From an uncultured Clostridia bacterium (GTDB taxonomy: Bacteria > Bacillota > Clostridia > TANB77 > CAG-508): DNA of 64,000 nt. The translations under genes were made by a program, and so were the position numbers. Below are positions 18,801-27,380 of the stretch, one piece after another (the first letter of the stretch is position 1; each line of letters opens with the position of its first letter). The stretch lies in NCBI GenBank assembly GCA_904419495.1, contig CAJFRV010000002.1, positions 27,245 to 91,244 of the forward strand, in the 5' to 3' direction. The notes beneath the pieces were generated by a model. It ran no database searches and was not told the DNA's origin. It was given only the letters and a program-made list of their open reading frames with translations.

Positions 18801-21553
18801 TTGTTTGATGTTTGTCTATCTACTCTTATTTGTGCAGTATTTCTTGAGCCATTGCCTAGGTTACTTGTCCATGTTATATTAGCATCTGCTACTACATATC
18901 CAAAGTTATCACCAATTGATACCTCTGAAACACTATATGTTCCCACTAATAAATTATAAATTCTTATATTTCCACTGCTATCTGTAATGAATTGTGTCGC
19001 TTTATTGGTATCTGTAGTTGTTTGAATATTTCCTAAATGAATTGTTCCCGTTACTTTTGTTTGCGTAGCTCCACTTGTATCTACTGCAATGATATATCTT
19101 CCTTGACTATCTTTTATTTTAAATGATACACCTGGTAATGCATATTGATTATTATCTGCATCTGTTTTATGTATCTTCATATTTCCTGTTTGTTTTCTAT
19201 TTTTTATCGTTAATGTATTAAATAAATTATCTGTTTGTCCTGCACTTGTACCTGTATTGTTTGATACTTGTTTATCTACTCTTATTTGTGCAGTATTTCC
19301 TGAGCCATTGCCTAGATTGCTTACCCATGTTATATTAGCACCTGCTAATATATATCCATAATTATCTCCAATTGATACCTCTGAAACACTATATGTTCCC
19401 ACTAATAAATTATAAATTCTTATATTTCCACTGTTATCTGTAATAAATTGTGTTGCTTTATTGGTGTCTGTGGTTGTTTGAATACTTCCTAAATGAATTG
19501 TTCCTGTTACTTTGCTTTGTGTAACTCCGCTTGTATTTACTGCAATAATATATCTTCCTTGACTATCTTTTATTTTGAATGATACACCTGATAATGCATA
19601 TTGACTATTATCTGCATCTACTTTATGTATCTTCATATTTCCTGTTTGTTTTCTATTTTTTAACGTTATAGATGCTGTTTGCCCATTTGATATTGAAACT
19701 GATACATTATTTGCTAAAATCGTATATCCATAATTTGGATTTTTCTTTTCAATAATTTCATAATTACCAACATCTAAACCATTAACAACTATTTTTCCCG
19801 TTGTTGCGTTTGTTACAAAAGTTGTACCATTTGCTTCATTTGTTGTATATGCATTTAATGGATCTGTAATAGCATATGAACTACTTGATATTTTATTTGC
19901 TATTACATATCTGTTTGTATCTTTATTTCTAATCTTAAATTCTACATTTCCTAATTTGGTATTAAAATTATCTTCATCAACCTTTTCGATTGATAGGTTT
20001 CCTATTTTTCTATAGTCTTTAATTTTTATTTTTGTGATTACATTATTTTCACCTTTTAGTTGAACATTAATCGGTCCTGTTATATTATAATCTACATATA
20101 AATTTGATTCGCCAGTATATCCATATTCTACAGTTGCACTAACTATCTTTGTCTGGTAATTTGTAGCATCTGAATTGATTTCTTCTATATAATAACTATG
20201 CTCTACAGATATATTGTCTAATGTAACTGTTCCATTTGCTGATGTAAATATAGTAGTTGCATTTTCTGCACTTTCTGAATAAGATGTATTTCCGTCAAGT
20301 GTTATAGTTACTTGATCTCTAATTTCATTTACATTGTTTATTCTCATATATCGTCTTGTATTTCCTTCCAAGCGATATATTTTAAATCCTAAAGCATTTA
20401 CATTTTCATAACTCTGTATTCCTGTATATGTACCCTCTTTTTGAACAGTTAATTTTCCTAAACTATTTCTCGCTGAAAGTGTAATACTATCATTTGTTGT
20501 TTCTGTTATAATTTCACCATCACCTCTGAAAACAGCCGTTCCTTGTCCTCTATTAGAACCTATGAAAATAACTCTAGCTTTAATAAAGCCTGTTGTTTGT
20601 TCTCCTGTAACTGGATTTGTAATAATTCCTCCACCTGCTGTTCCTTGTGTATTGATTGTAACAGAAGGATATAAACTAGTTAATGTACTATTGGTAACAA
20701 TATAAAAATTATTTCCATTCATTGGTATACCCCAAATGCCTTGTATATCTCCTCCTATTGCATTAGAAAAACCTACTACAGCTGGCCAATTATATCCATC
20801 TTGTATACTAACACCACTAATTGTTCCACCTTCTGCATACATATTAAATGGTCCTATATAGCTATAACTTATTCCATAAGGATCTTGTGCTATTACTACA
20901 GAAGCATTACTATCATTTCCATATGTAATACGTGCACTAGACCCAACTACTTCACTATTTGCATATTGATCAGCATATGCCAATACAGTTGCACCTGAAC
21001 TTGCCGCAGTATCTAAGTAAGCATCTCCATCATTTTTTTTCAAACTAAAATTCCCAATTAAATATTGTAAATCTGTTGTTGTATAGAAATAATAAAATGC
21101 ATCTCTAGGTCCGTGTAAACGTGAACCTATTAACCCTGTTCCTGGATCTACTGTGGCAGCATATGCTAAATATGCTAATTTTTTTGCATTAAAATCATTA
21201 TCCTGGTTTGATACACCATCTTGATTATAAATAGATGTACTATACTTACCTTTTTCATCACGATTAATGTCAATAATACTCATAATTCTATTATAACCAC
21301 CTACACCTGTAACTCTTCTATCAGCAAGACATATCCATTGTGTTTTATCATTTGCTCCAGAATAGTCATTGATTCTATCATCTACTTGATAATTGTCCCA
21401 GAAGGCAGGGTCATTTGCAGCTGCTTGATCTGATATCTCTGAAGCTGTAAATACATTATAAGCATGAACTATACTTGTCAACATGAAAATTATAAAAAGT
21501 GCTATCACTATAATAGAAAGTTCTATAATTTGCCTTTTATGTATATTTTTCAT
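15887..21553 (-). CDS. Giant surface protein B2, paralog of the thioester-domain adhesin B1. It has a degenerate TED-like N-terminus, SpaA/Cna-B-type domains, SdrD-B-like and DUF11-like domains, and a [ST]xxTG-TM-basic tail
   Basis: About 1888 aa. The ATG at 21553 has AGGAGGGG upstream, 13 nt after the A2 stop; the ORF track starts at 21583. It has a signal/anchor helix. It is homologous to B1 over the N-terminal domain (FNAKKLAYLAY / YNAKLAHIL; AYLDTAASS...YADQYANSEVV / SYLDSQSSDYANEVAN). It contains repeated KNRKQTGNMKIHK.DADN..YAL.GVSFKIKD modules. The blocks GYAWEDKTDGKG..., DVDSAPDTATPNNRDTYEDDTNWAP and GTVWEDAP... match B1. The C-terminus is LTITGPTGDD + TM + KRKVLRK. Confidence 0.8.
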   Translation of the reverse strand: MKNIHKRQIIELSIIVIALFIIFMLTSIVHAYNVFTASEISDQAAANDPAFWDNYQVDDRINDYSGANDKTQWICLADRRVTGVGGYNRIMSIIDINRDEKGKYSTSIYNQDGVSNQDNDFNAKKLAYLAYAATVDPGTGLIGSRLHGPRDAFYYFYTTTDLQYLIGNFSLKKNDGDAYLDTAASSGATVLAYADQYANSEVVGSSARITYGNDSNASVVIAQDPYGISYSYIGPFNMYAEGGTISGVSIQDGYNWPAVVGFSNAIGGDIQGIWGIPMNGNNFYIVTNSTLTSLYPSVTINTQGTAGGGIITNPVTGEQTTGFIKARVIFIGSNRGQGTAVFRGDGEIITETTNDSITLSARNSLGKLTVQKEGTYTGIQSYENVNALGFKIYRLEGNTRRYMRINNVNEIRDQVTITLDGNTSYSESAENATTIFTSANGTVTLDNISVEHSYYIEEINSDATNYQTKIVSATVEYGYTGESNLYVDYNITGPINVQLKGENNVITKIKIKDYRKIGNLSIEKVDEDNFNTKLGNVEFKIRNKDTNRYVIANKISSSSYAITDPLNAYTTNEANGTTFVTNATTGKIVVNGLDVGNYEIIEKKNPNYGYTILANNVSVSISNGQTASITLKNRKQTGNMKIHKVDADNSQYALSGVSFKIKDSQGRYIIAVNTSGVTQSKVTGTIHLGSIQTTTDTNKATQFITDNSGNIRIYNLLVGTYSVSEVSIGDNYGYILAGANITWVSNLGNGSGNTAQIRVDKQVSNNTGTSAGQTDNLFNTLTIKNRKQTGNMKIHKTDADNNQYALPGVSFKIKDSQGRYIIAVDTSGATQTKVTGTIHLGNIQTTTDTNKATQFITDSSGNIRIYNLLVGTYSVSEVSIGDNFGYVVADANITWTSNLGNGSRNTAQIRVDRQTSNNTGTSAGQTDNLFNTLTMKNKREYIKINGYAWEDKTDGKGSNKDYEWKQGTEDKRLQNITVTLKKADGTVLDTAVTDANGAYIFGNYDTDSSALKIKIDDLQGAYIEFEYNGMSYQSIPINSSFTLSNSKINGVKNSATDTSLRDNFNKNYATISKGQSQNTSGQKTYNIKYTYSDYKSKVVYGDSVKYGYNGQSYPISGVYAQYEITATTNKNSGKALCTQYTANDIRKNCVEEIAGINLGLEEREMPDLNVSEQDLEKIEIQLNNYTHTYKYGQVSADPNGFAGGDVSNIAVRFASKYFNSSYTREIYTSDVVYNAQAGNEGKLKMYMTYKIELTNEATSLNSTVKTIANYYDDRYENISITDQNGKAIDYQIDNSYHVNGLKKMNINVNQTLGPQTSKTITVRYQLSNDAINALLNGNATLNSITEITSYSTYQNNSFSTPYAGIDVDSAPDTATPNNRDTYEDDTNWAPSLILTLKEGRIIEGTVWEDAPIEELLEGTGYDKHRMGDGQYQSAENIVNNVKVDLMTIDDSGNVALGKLYKKDNTVVDATTTTGGKGEYSFVGVIPGKYIIRYTYGDNSVICDTNGNVIKNVDADNYKSTIYRGGNKSAVNAMTDYWYRGETSHEGAIRLSDAKDNDEYVNERITEEEFNYATATESRDVTEIVADTRRFDIKLDYDINLDNISEYGADLKFVFDNIDFGIIERPRQSLLINKEISNIQITLSNGVTLMNGDPRSQNISGVKMLPNGNVSIEVDDEVIQGATLRITYEITVDNKNCEIDYNDEDYYIYGTVPADKENKYRITTIVDMFDYLPEELVLESTDGNWESIEITPDMKGVLLADNAYEVVKNLQNIIHLKNPIFENMEPGSEAVDTTMVVSKQLSVSSDDLTYENDIEVIKLKGRKTIDSIPGNYDPTTNTPNEPDDDSVELTITGPTGDDRQYILYGAIGIGILVVVGVGIVIIKRKVLRK
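18756..19667. repeat. In-frame tandem duplication, 2 x 456 bp (152 aa), inside B2
   Basis: AATGTATTAAATAAATTATCTGTTTGTCCTGCACTTGTACC... begins at 18756 and again at 19212. The encoded units differ at roughly one residue in nine by eye. Confidence 0.9.
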
Positions 21554-21566
21554 AATACCCCTCCTT

Positions 21567-24500
21567 CTATATTTTTCTTTCATTTGGTCTTAATATTTTT
21601 TTATTAATTATGAAAACTGTTACTGCTGTTACAATTAAAATTGTCATAATGATTGATATAAATATAATCATTCTACCTGTTCCTACAGTTATAATAACTT
21701 CTGCTCTTCCATAATCATCTTCTGAAGCATTATTATTTCCCGGTGTTGAATCTGTATCATTAATGCCTAAAGAATTTGATGCTTCTTCAATTTCCGCTGT
21801 ATTGATAATTGTTCCTGTATTATCACCTGTTACTGTTTTTGTTAATACTAATTCTACAGTCTGTGTTTGTCCCGGCTCTATAGCTATATTTGATAAACTA
21901 TTATTTTGTAGATTAGAATTTGCCTGATACCAATTTTTATTCAATTCTGAACTAAAACTTAAATCAGATGGCATATAATCTACTAAGTTTTGAACATATC
22001 CAGCTATTTCTCCTGTATTTTTTATTTGGACTATATATTTAATAATAACAGTTGCATTATTAATTTCCTTTGATGGTATTTCTACTTTTACTAAATTTTG
22101 ATTATTATATCCATATTTTGTTGTACTTTTATTTGTTTGTACAACAATCTCACTTACATATTTGTTTAATTCTAAATCAAATGTTGATACTTCCATTAAT
22201 CCTATATCTATGTTTTCTATATTTGAAGAATTTACATTAATTGTATCTGTAGCCCCTACTGTAATATTTGTACCATCAATTGTAATTGTTTTATTTATAA
22301 CATCTGAATTTTCATTTTCTTGAACACCTTGTTTTCTATATTCTGTAAGTCTATACATTTGCGTATTATATGTAAATACTAAAATATAACTTCCTTGTGT
22401 GACATGAATCTCATATTGTCCATTTTCTGAAGTAGTTGCATTTACTCCTTCTACATAATTTCCTGTATTTGCGTCTATTACACTAACACCAACACCAGAT
22501 AAGATTTCCTCTTGTGCATCTCTTCTGCCGTCTTTATTTGCATCTATCCATGCAGTACCACTAATTGTATAAGTTTTCTCTTCACTAGGGTTGTCTGGAT
22601 TATCTGGATTGTCTGGGTTATCTGGGTCTGGATTGTCCGGATTATCTGGATCTGGGTTGTCTGGATTATCTGGATCTGGGTCGTCTGGATTATCTGGATC
22701 TGGGTTGTCTGGATCCGGATCATCTGGGTTTGGATTGTCTGGATCTTCTGTTTTCACAACTTTGTACACAATATCATTAGATGTTATATCTCCTGCTATA
22801 GTAGAAACTGTTAAGTTATTTACTAATTCACCATTTTCTAATTCTGAAATATCCGCATGACCAGATATTTCTAAAATACTAGTAGCATTTCCTTCTATGG
22901 TATATCCTTCTACATATACATCTCCTGCCTCTAATGTTTTACCATCTAAAGTGACTGTATCAACATAAATACCTTTTGGAATATAGTCATATAAAGTTGT
23001 AACAATCGCATTTGCTCTCATATTTTTAATATAAAATGTATATATAATGTCTTGTCCATCTTCTATTGTTGTATTCGTTTCTGGATTTGCTACTTGCATA
23101 ATCTCTACCCATGCTGCTTCTTCTCTTTGTATTAAAAATTGCTTTTCGGATTGCACACCATATTTCCATTCATATGTATAACCACTATCTTCTTCCGCTA
23201 ATTTTCCATAAGTAACATCTACTATATTATTAACAGAATCTGTTGTAATCCATTCACTATCTATTTCTATAGTCATCGTAATTTCTATGCTTGATTGTCC
23301 AGATAATAATGTTTCTCCTGTTAATCTATTTTCATATATTTTAAATTCTATATCTTCATTGTCTTCTAAATTGTCCACTATTGGTATTTGTATTTCTTCA
23401 TTGCCAACAATTCCTTTTGCACTTTTAACTGTAAATCCTTTTGGTAATGTATCAAATACCCCAAAACTTAATTCTTCATCTTCATTATTATGAACCTTGA
23501 TTGTTAAATCAAAAGTATCCTCATCTTTTAACTTTACATCATCTGCTATATTAGCAACTTGTTCCACTGATATATTTCTTTTTTCATTTAATACTTTTAC
23601 AATGGCTGTATTAGAAACGTACGTATGATTTGTTGTCATTTCAAACATGAAAGCAAAATTTTCTTCTTTTTCTATGTGTTCATCTACTTGAACATATAGT
23701 TCTAATTCAGTTATTTCTCCTTTTTTCATACTTAGCATATCAAATGTAAGTTCATTATTTTCTTTATCATAAGCAAGATTTTCTAATTTTTCTCTACCTG
23801 CTGTTGAATCTTCTTCTCCATTAATTGTCGTTTGTGCCCAAATTAAGTCTGTTCCTGAATTACAATATATTTTATCTGGTAATTGAATTTTTCCTTTTAT
23901 ACGTTCTAAGTCCTCTCCTGAAATATTTTCAACTTTTATATTTAATTGCAATTTTTGTCCTAAATAAATTGTTTCTTCTTCATAATATGAATTGCTAATA
24001 GTTAATTTAAGTTCTGCTTGTTTGATATTATTTTTAATTGTTGAGAAATTTGCAGCCTCCATATCATCAGCTGTTATTTGAATATCTCCATATGTCTGCT
24101 TATCCTCTCCTTCTACTTCTGAAGCAACAATTTCATAAGAAATAATTGTGCTTTCTCCATTAGCTAAACTTTCTATTGTTGCAAAGTTATTTACATTTGT
24201 GTCTAACTCATCATAACGGTGATATATTTTTGTAAAATCTTCTCCTAATACAGGGTCAAATGCTTCTTCTCCAATTAATCCATAAATATTTCCATTCGTT
24301 TGTGTTGCTTTTACATGTATATTTTTTAAATCTTTTCCTGTGCTATTTGTTATTTTCATTGTATACAAAATCTTTTGACCCTCATATACAGAATCTCCAT
24401 CTCCTAGTTCTGCTCCTCCTGAAATTGTAGATAATTCTATATTTATACCATTTCCTACTTTTTCTTCTATAGTATTAGCTAGTGCTGAAATATTATTTGT

Positions 24501-27044
24501 TATTAAATTTTCTGATTTTGCTCCTATTTTTGATGTTTGTGTATTTACATTTCCTAAATATGTATACATTACATCTGTTAATGCGTACATTGTTTGACCA
24601 TATCCAACATTTTCTGGTATTTGAATTGTATATTGAATTGCAATTGCTTGACCTGGTGTCATTTTATCTAATTTAATCATATATGAACTTGCATTTGTAT
24701 AATCTTGTGTCCATGACGTATCATCTTTTGTTGCCGTACTACTTTGAGAATATAGAATTTCTACTCCGTTTAAATTTGCACGAATACTCTCTAATAATGT
24801 TGTATCAATTGTTCCGTCATATACACCTTTTTTAGGTATTCTTCCAATAATTGCAACATCATTAATTTCTACACCATAATTATTAATAATGGCTGTATTT
24901 ACAGTTGCCTCTCTAGATCCTTTCTCTAAATCCAATACACCTACAGGAATATTATTATCTATTGTATAAATAGATTCTCCTGTCTCGTTATATCCTACCA
25001 AATTACTATATATCATCATTCCTTGTTTAGATTGTATATTAATCTCTGTAGCTGTTTGATAAGATTTCTCGTTACCATTTTCATTTGTATAGGTCATTGT
25101 AATATTTGATTTTTGACTAGGTGTTAATAATGTAAATTCTATATCTGCGTTGATGACAATAGATAATTCATTTATTTGATTTACATAGTCTGTTTGCTCT
25201 CCTGATAATGCAATCTGCATAACTTTTTGTCCGTTAGCATTCTCTTCTACTTTTGTATATTTTATCTCGAATGCATCCGCATAGACTGTATTTACTGATT
25301 TCACATCAATATTTGAAATTCCATTTGGTAATGTAATTTCTATAACAGGATTTTTGAATAAATCATATTTTTCAGATGATGTTTTTAAAGTTATTGTAAA
25401 TTGTACATTTTCATTTTTTTGTAAAGTAGATAAATTTGTATTATTAATCTCTAATGTTGCTTCTGTTTTTGTATCTAATAAATGAATAGTTGCTTGTGTC
25501 TCTTCTGTTCCTAAATTCGTTTCTGCAACTTCATTTGTCGTAAATTGTGTTATTTCTTTTAATTGATTTCTTGTATATCCTGTATTTCCTTGTATATATT
25601 TTATATGATAAATTGTAAATTGTCCTTCTTCTACTGGTTTTGATGTTTCTATGACAATTCCTTTTTTAGGCTCTCCATATGTAATTTTTACATTTCCATT
25701 TTCATCGGTTTGTGAATCTTTATTTATTGTTTCAATTACATTTCCTGCCTCATCTTTTACATTGATATATCCATTTTCTCCAAATAGTTCTATAAATCGA
25801 TTCTTATTGATTTGTGTTTCTTTATATAAAGTAATTTGATTAGCATCATATTGTCTTTCTTGGCTACCTATGAAATAAGAGTTTGTTGTACTTGCCTTTA
25901 TGGTATCAATTAGTTCTGTATTTGATATTTCTATTACATTATTTTCTCTATATATTGTCTCATTTGCAGAATTTGCATATAAATATCCCTTATATACTTC
26001 TGGTGTTACTTGTTTATTAACACTTACAATGTTTCCTTTAAACTCTAAGTTTACTTCTTGTTCATCTGTTTTTTGTATAGTTTCTTTTGTAAATAATTTT
26101 GTATTCATTTCTATTTGTAAATTGATTGTATTTATGTCTTCTTTTGCTGCTTTATCATATATATAGATAACCTTATATTCATTTATATCACTATTCCATG
26201 TTGTATTTCCTTCTGCATCTGTGTTGCTTGGTTTTGTTATCGTTAATTGTCCATCTTCTTTATTGTATTGAATATTGCTATCTTCTAATTTCTTTCCGTT
26301 TGAAAGTACTTCCACTGCATTTGGTAAAAGATTATTCATTTTAGGTGCATTAATTTTTAATTGTTCTGTTTCTCTTGGTAAACTACTATTTTCAATTGTA
26401 GATGTTATTTGTTGTTGCATAAGTAGTCCGTTTTCACCTAAATCTATGAATTTTTCTACACTTTGAGAAATGACTACGTCTGTATTATCTGTCCAATCAA
26501 GCTTTATGATTTTACTTCCTTCTAATTGTTCTTCTTTTTCTTCCTCTTTATAAGTTCCTGTCAATAGAACGGTACTTTCTTTTGAAAAGTATTCCGCATT
26601 TATCGTATCTTTTTTATCAAATTCGATTGGAATTTCTAATTCTACATCATTATTATAAATAACTGAATTTAATTGTATTTCATTTGTTTGTTTATTTATA
26701 CTTTTTATATATGCATTAGAATAGTCATTATCTTTTATTTTAAAGTTTGCATTATCAATTTTTATTTTAGCATTATCTAAGCTACCTTTTTCTAAAACAC
26801 TAACTTGCACATATAAATATACTTGATTATCACTAATGTTTGCTTGTCTATAATGCATATTTCCACTATCTGTTTTAAAATAAGCATCAAAAGTAACATC
26901 AGCAATATTGGTATTGTTATTTTGTGTTTCTAACTCATCTGCCAATGCAATTACAATATGGTATCCTAAAAACAATACATTTAGTGATGTTAATGTTAAT
27001 ATTAGTGTAACAACTGTTACTATTTTCAAAATCTTTTCTTTCAT
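21567..27044 (-). CDS. Giant surface protein A2: signal peptide, many DUF11/Ig-like repeats, Pro-Asp-Asn linker, SdrD-B-like domain, terminal DUF11 domain, [ST]xxTG-TM-basic tail
   Basis: About 1825 aa. The ATG at 27044 has a GAGGGAG RBS; the ORF track uses TTG at 27050. Repeats are of the G..I.Y.I.V.N.G......V.V....P.G type. It also carries ISGTAWIDANKDGRRDAQEE... and NTAEIEEASNSLGINDTDSTPGNNNASEDDYGRAEVIITVGTGR + TM + NKKILRPNERKI. Confidence 0.8.
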   Translation of the reverse strand: MKEKILKIVTVVTLILTLTSLNVLFLGYHIVIALADELETQNNNTNIADVTFDAYFKTDSGNMHYRQANISDNQVYLYVQVSVLEKGSLDNAKIKIDNANFKIKDNDYSNAYIKSINKQTNEIQLNSVIYNNDVELEIPIEFDKKDTINAEYFSKESTVLLTGTYKEEEKEEQLEGSKIIKLDWTDNTDVVISQSVEKFIDLGENGLLMQQQITSTIENSSLPRETEQLKINAPKMNNLLPNAVEVLSNGKKLEDSNIQYNKEDGQLTITKPSNTDAEGNTTWNSDINEYKVIYIYDKAAKEDINTINLQIEMNTKLFTKETIQKTDEQEVNLEFKGNIVSVNKQVTPEVYKGYLYANSANETIYRENNVIEISNTELIDTIKASTTNSYFIGSQERQYDANQITLYKETQINKNRFIELFGENGYINVKDEAGNVIETINKDSQTDENGNVKITYGEPKKGIVIETSKPVEEGQFTIYHIKYIQGNTGYTRNQLKEITQFTTNEVAETNLGTEETQATIHLLDTKTEATLEINNTNLSTLQKNENVQFTITLKTSSEKYDLFKNPVIEITLPNGISNIDVKSVNTVYADAFEIKYTKVEENANGQKVMQIALSGEQTDYVNQINELSIVINADIEFTLLTPSQKSNITMTYTNENGNEKSYQTATEINIQSKQGMMIYSNLVGYNETGESIYTIDNNIPVGVLDLEKGSREATVNTAIINNYGVEINDVAIIGRIPKKGVYDGTIDTTLLESIRANLNGVEILYSQSSTATKDDTSWTQDYTNASSYMIKLDKMTPGQAIAIQYTIQIPENVGYGQTMYALTDVMYTYLGNVNTQTSKIGAKSENLITNNISALANTIEEKVGNGINIELSTISGGAELGDGDSVYEGQKILYTMKITNSTGKDLKNIHVKATQTNGNIYGLIGEEAFDPVLGEDFTKIYHRYDELDTNVNNFATIESLANGESTIISYEIVASEVEGEDKQTYGDIQITADDMEAANFSTIKNNIKQAELKLTISNSYYEEETIYLGQKLQLNIKVENISGEDLERIKGKIQLPDKIYCNSGTDLIWAQTTINGEEDSTAGREKLENLAYDKENNELTFDMLSMKKGEITELELYVQVDEHIEKEENFAFMFEMTTNHTYVSNTAIVKVLNEKRNISVEQVANIADDVKLKDEDTFDLTIKVHNNEDEELSFGVFDTLPKGFTVKSAKGIVGNEEIQIPIVDNLEDNEDIEFKIYENRLTGETLLSGQSSIEITMTIEIDSEWITTDSVNNIVDVTYGKLAEEDSGYTYEWKYGVQSEKQFLIQREEAAWVEIMQVANPETNTTIEDGQDIIYTFYIKNMRANAIVTTLYDYIPKGIYVDTVTLDGKTLEAGDVYVEGYTIEGNATSILEISGHADISELENGELVNNLTVSTIAGDITSNDIVYKVVKTEDPDNPNPDDPDPDNPDPDNPDDPDPDNPDNPDPDNPDNPDPDNPDNPDNPDNPSEEKTYTISGTAWIDANKDGRRDAQEEILSGVGVSVIDANTGNYVEGVNATTSENGQYEIHVTQGSYILVFTYNTQMYRLTEYRKQGVQENENSDVINKTITIDGTNITVGATDTINVNSSNIENIDIGLMEVSTFDLELNKYVSEIVVQTNKSTTKYGYNNQNLVKVEIPSKEINNATVIIKYIVQIKNTGEIAGYVQNLVDYMPSDLSFSSELNKNWYQANSNLQNNSLSNIAIEPGQTQTVELVLTKTVTGDNTGTIINTAEIEEASNSLGINDTDSTPGNNNASEDDYGRAEVIITVGTGRMIIFISIIMTILIVTAVTVFIINKKILRPNERKI
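22586..22750. repeat. Coding microsatellite-like tract for a (P-D-N/P-D-D)n linker in A2
   Basis: Iterated GGATTATCTGGATCTGGGTTGTCT units. They translate on the minus strand to EDPDNPNPDDPDPDNPDPDNPDDPDPDNPDNPDPDNPDNPDPDNPDNPDNPDNP. Confidence 0.9.
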
Positions 27045-27327
27045 AAACAACTACTCCCTCACACATATTTGATACTATTCTTATCCTATATTAGCTTTTA
27101 GGGATATAAAAATCAATATTAAATTTTTCCAATTACTTTTTTATTACAAAATTTTTCTTAGATACCCTTACGGATAGTATTTTCCCATTATCTTGGTTCC
27201 ATTGTTTTAAAATTTCTTTACATTTTTATTACATTTTTTATATTTTCTGATAAAAATATGCTTCTTTCGTTATTTGCGTATGTTTTTCGTTATTTTTTGC
27301 ACTTAATATCCATTTTTGGTGATACAT

Positions 27328-27365
27328 AAAAAAATGAGATTGCATTAATCAATCTCATTTTTTTG
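27328..27365. terminator. Bidirectional-type intrinsic terminator separating module 1 (A1-B1) from module 2 (A2-B2)
   Basis: A-run + AATGAGATTG cattaat CAATCTCATT + T-run, 16 nt after the B1 stop at 27381. Confidence 0.7.
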
Positions 27366-27380
27366 TATTTGATTTACCCA

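Noticed and set aside
22512-22860. Two long plus-strand ORFs with striking repeats (WIIWIVWVIW... and MSGLSGLSGLSGSGLSG...).
   Set aside because: They are the antisense reading of the (PDNPD)n linker repeat of A2. They have no RBS, lie entirely inside a much longer homology-supported minus-strand ORF, and their periodicity is a mirror of the coding repeat.
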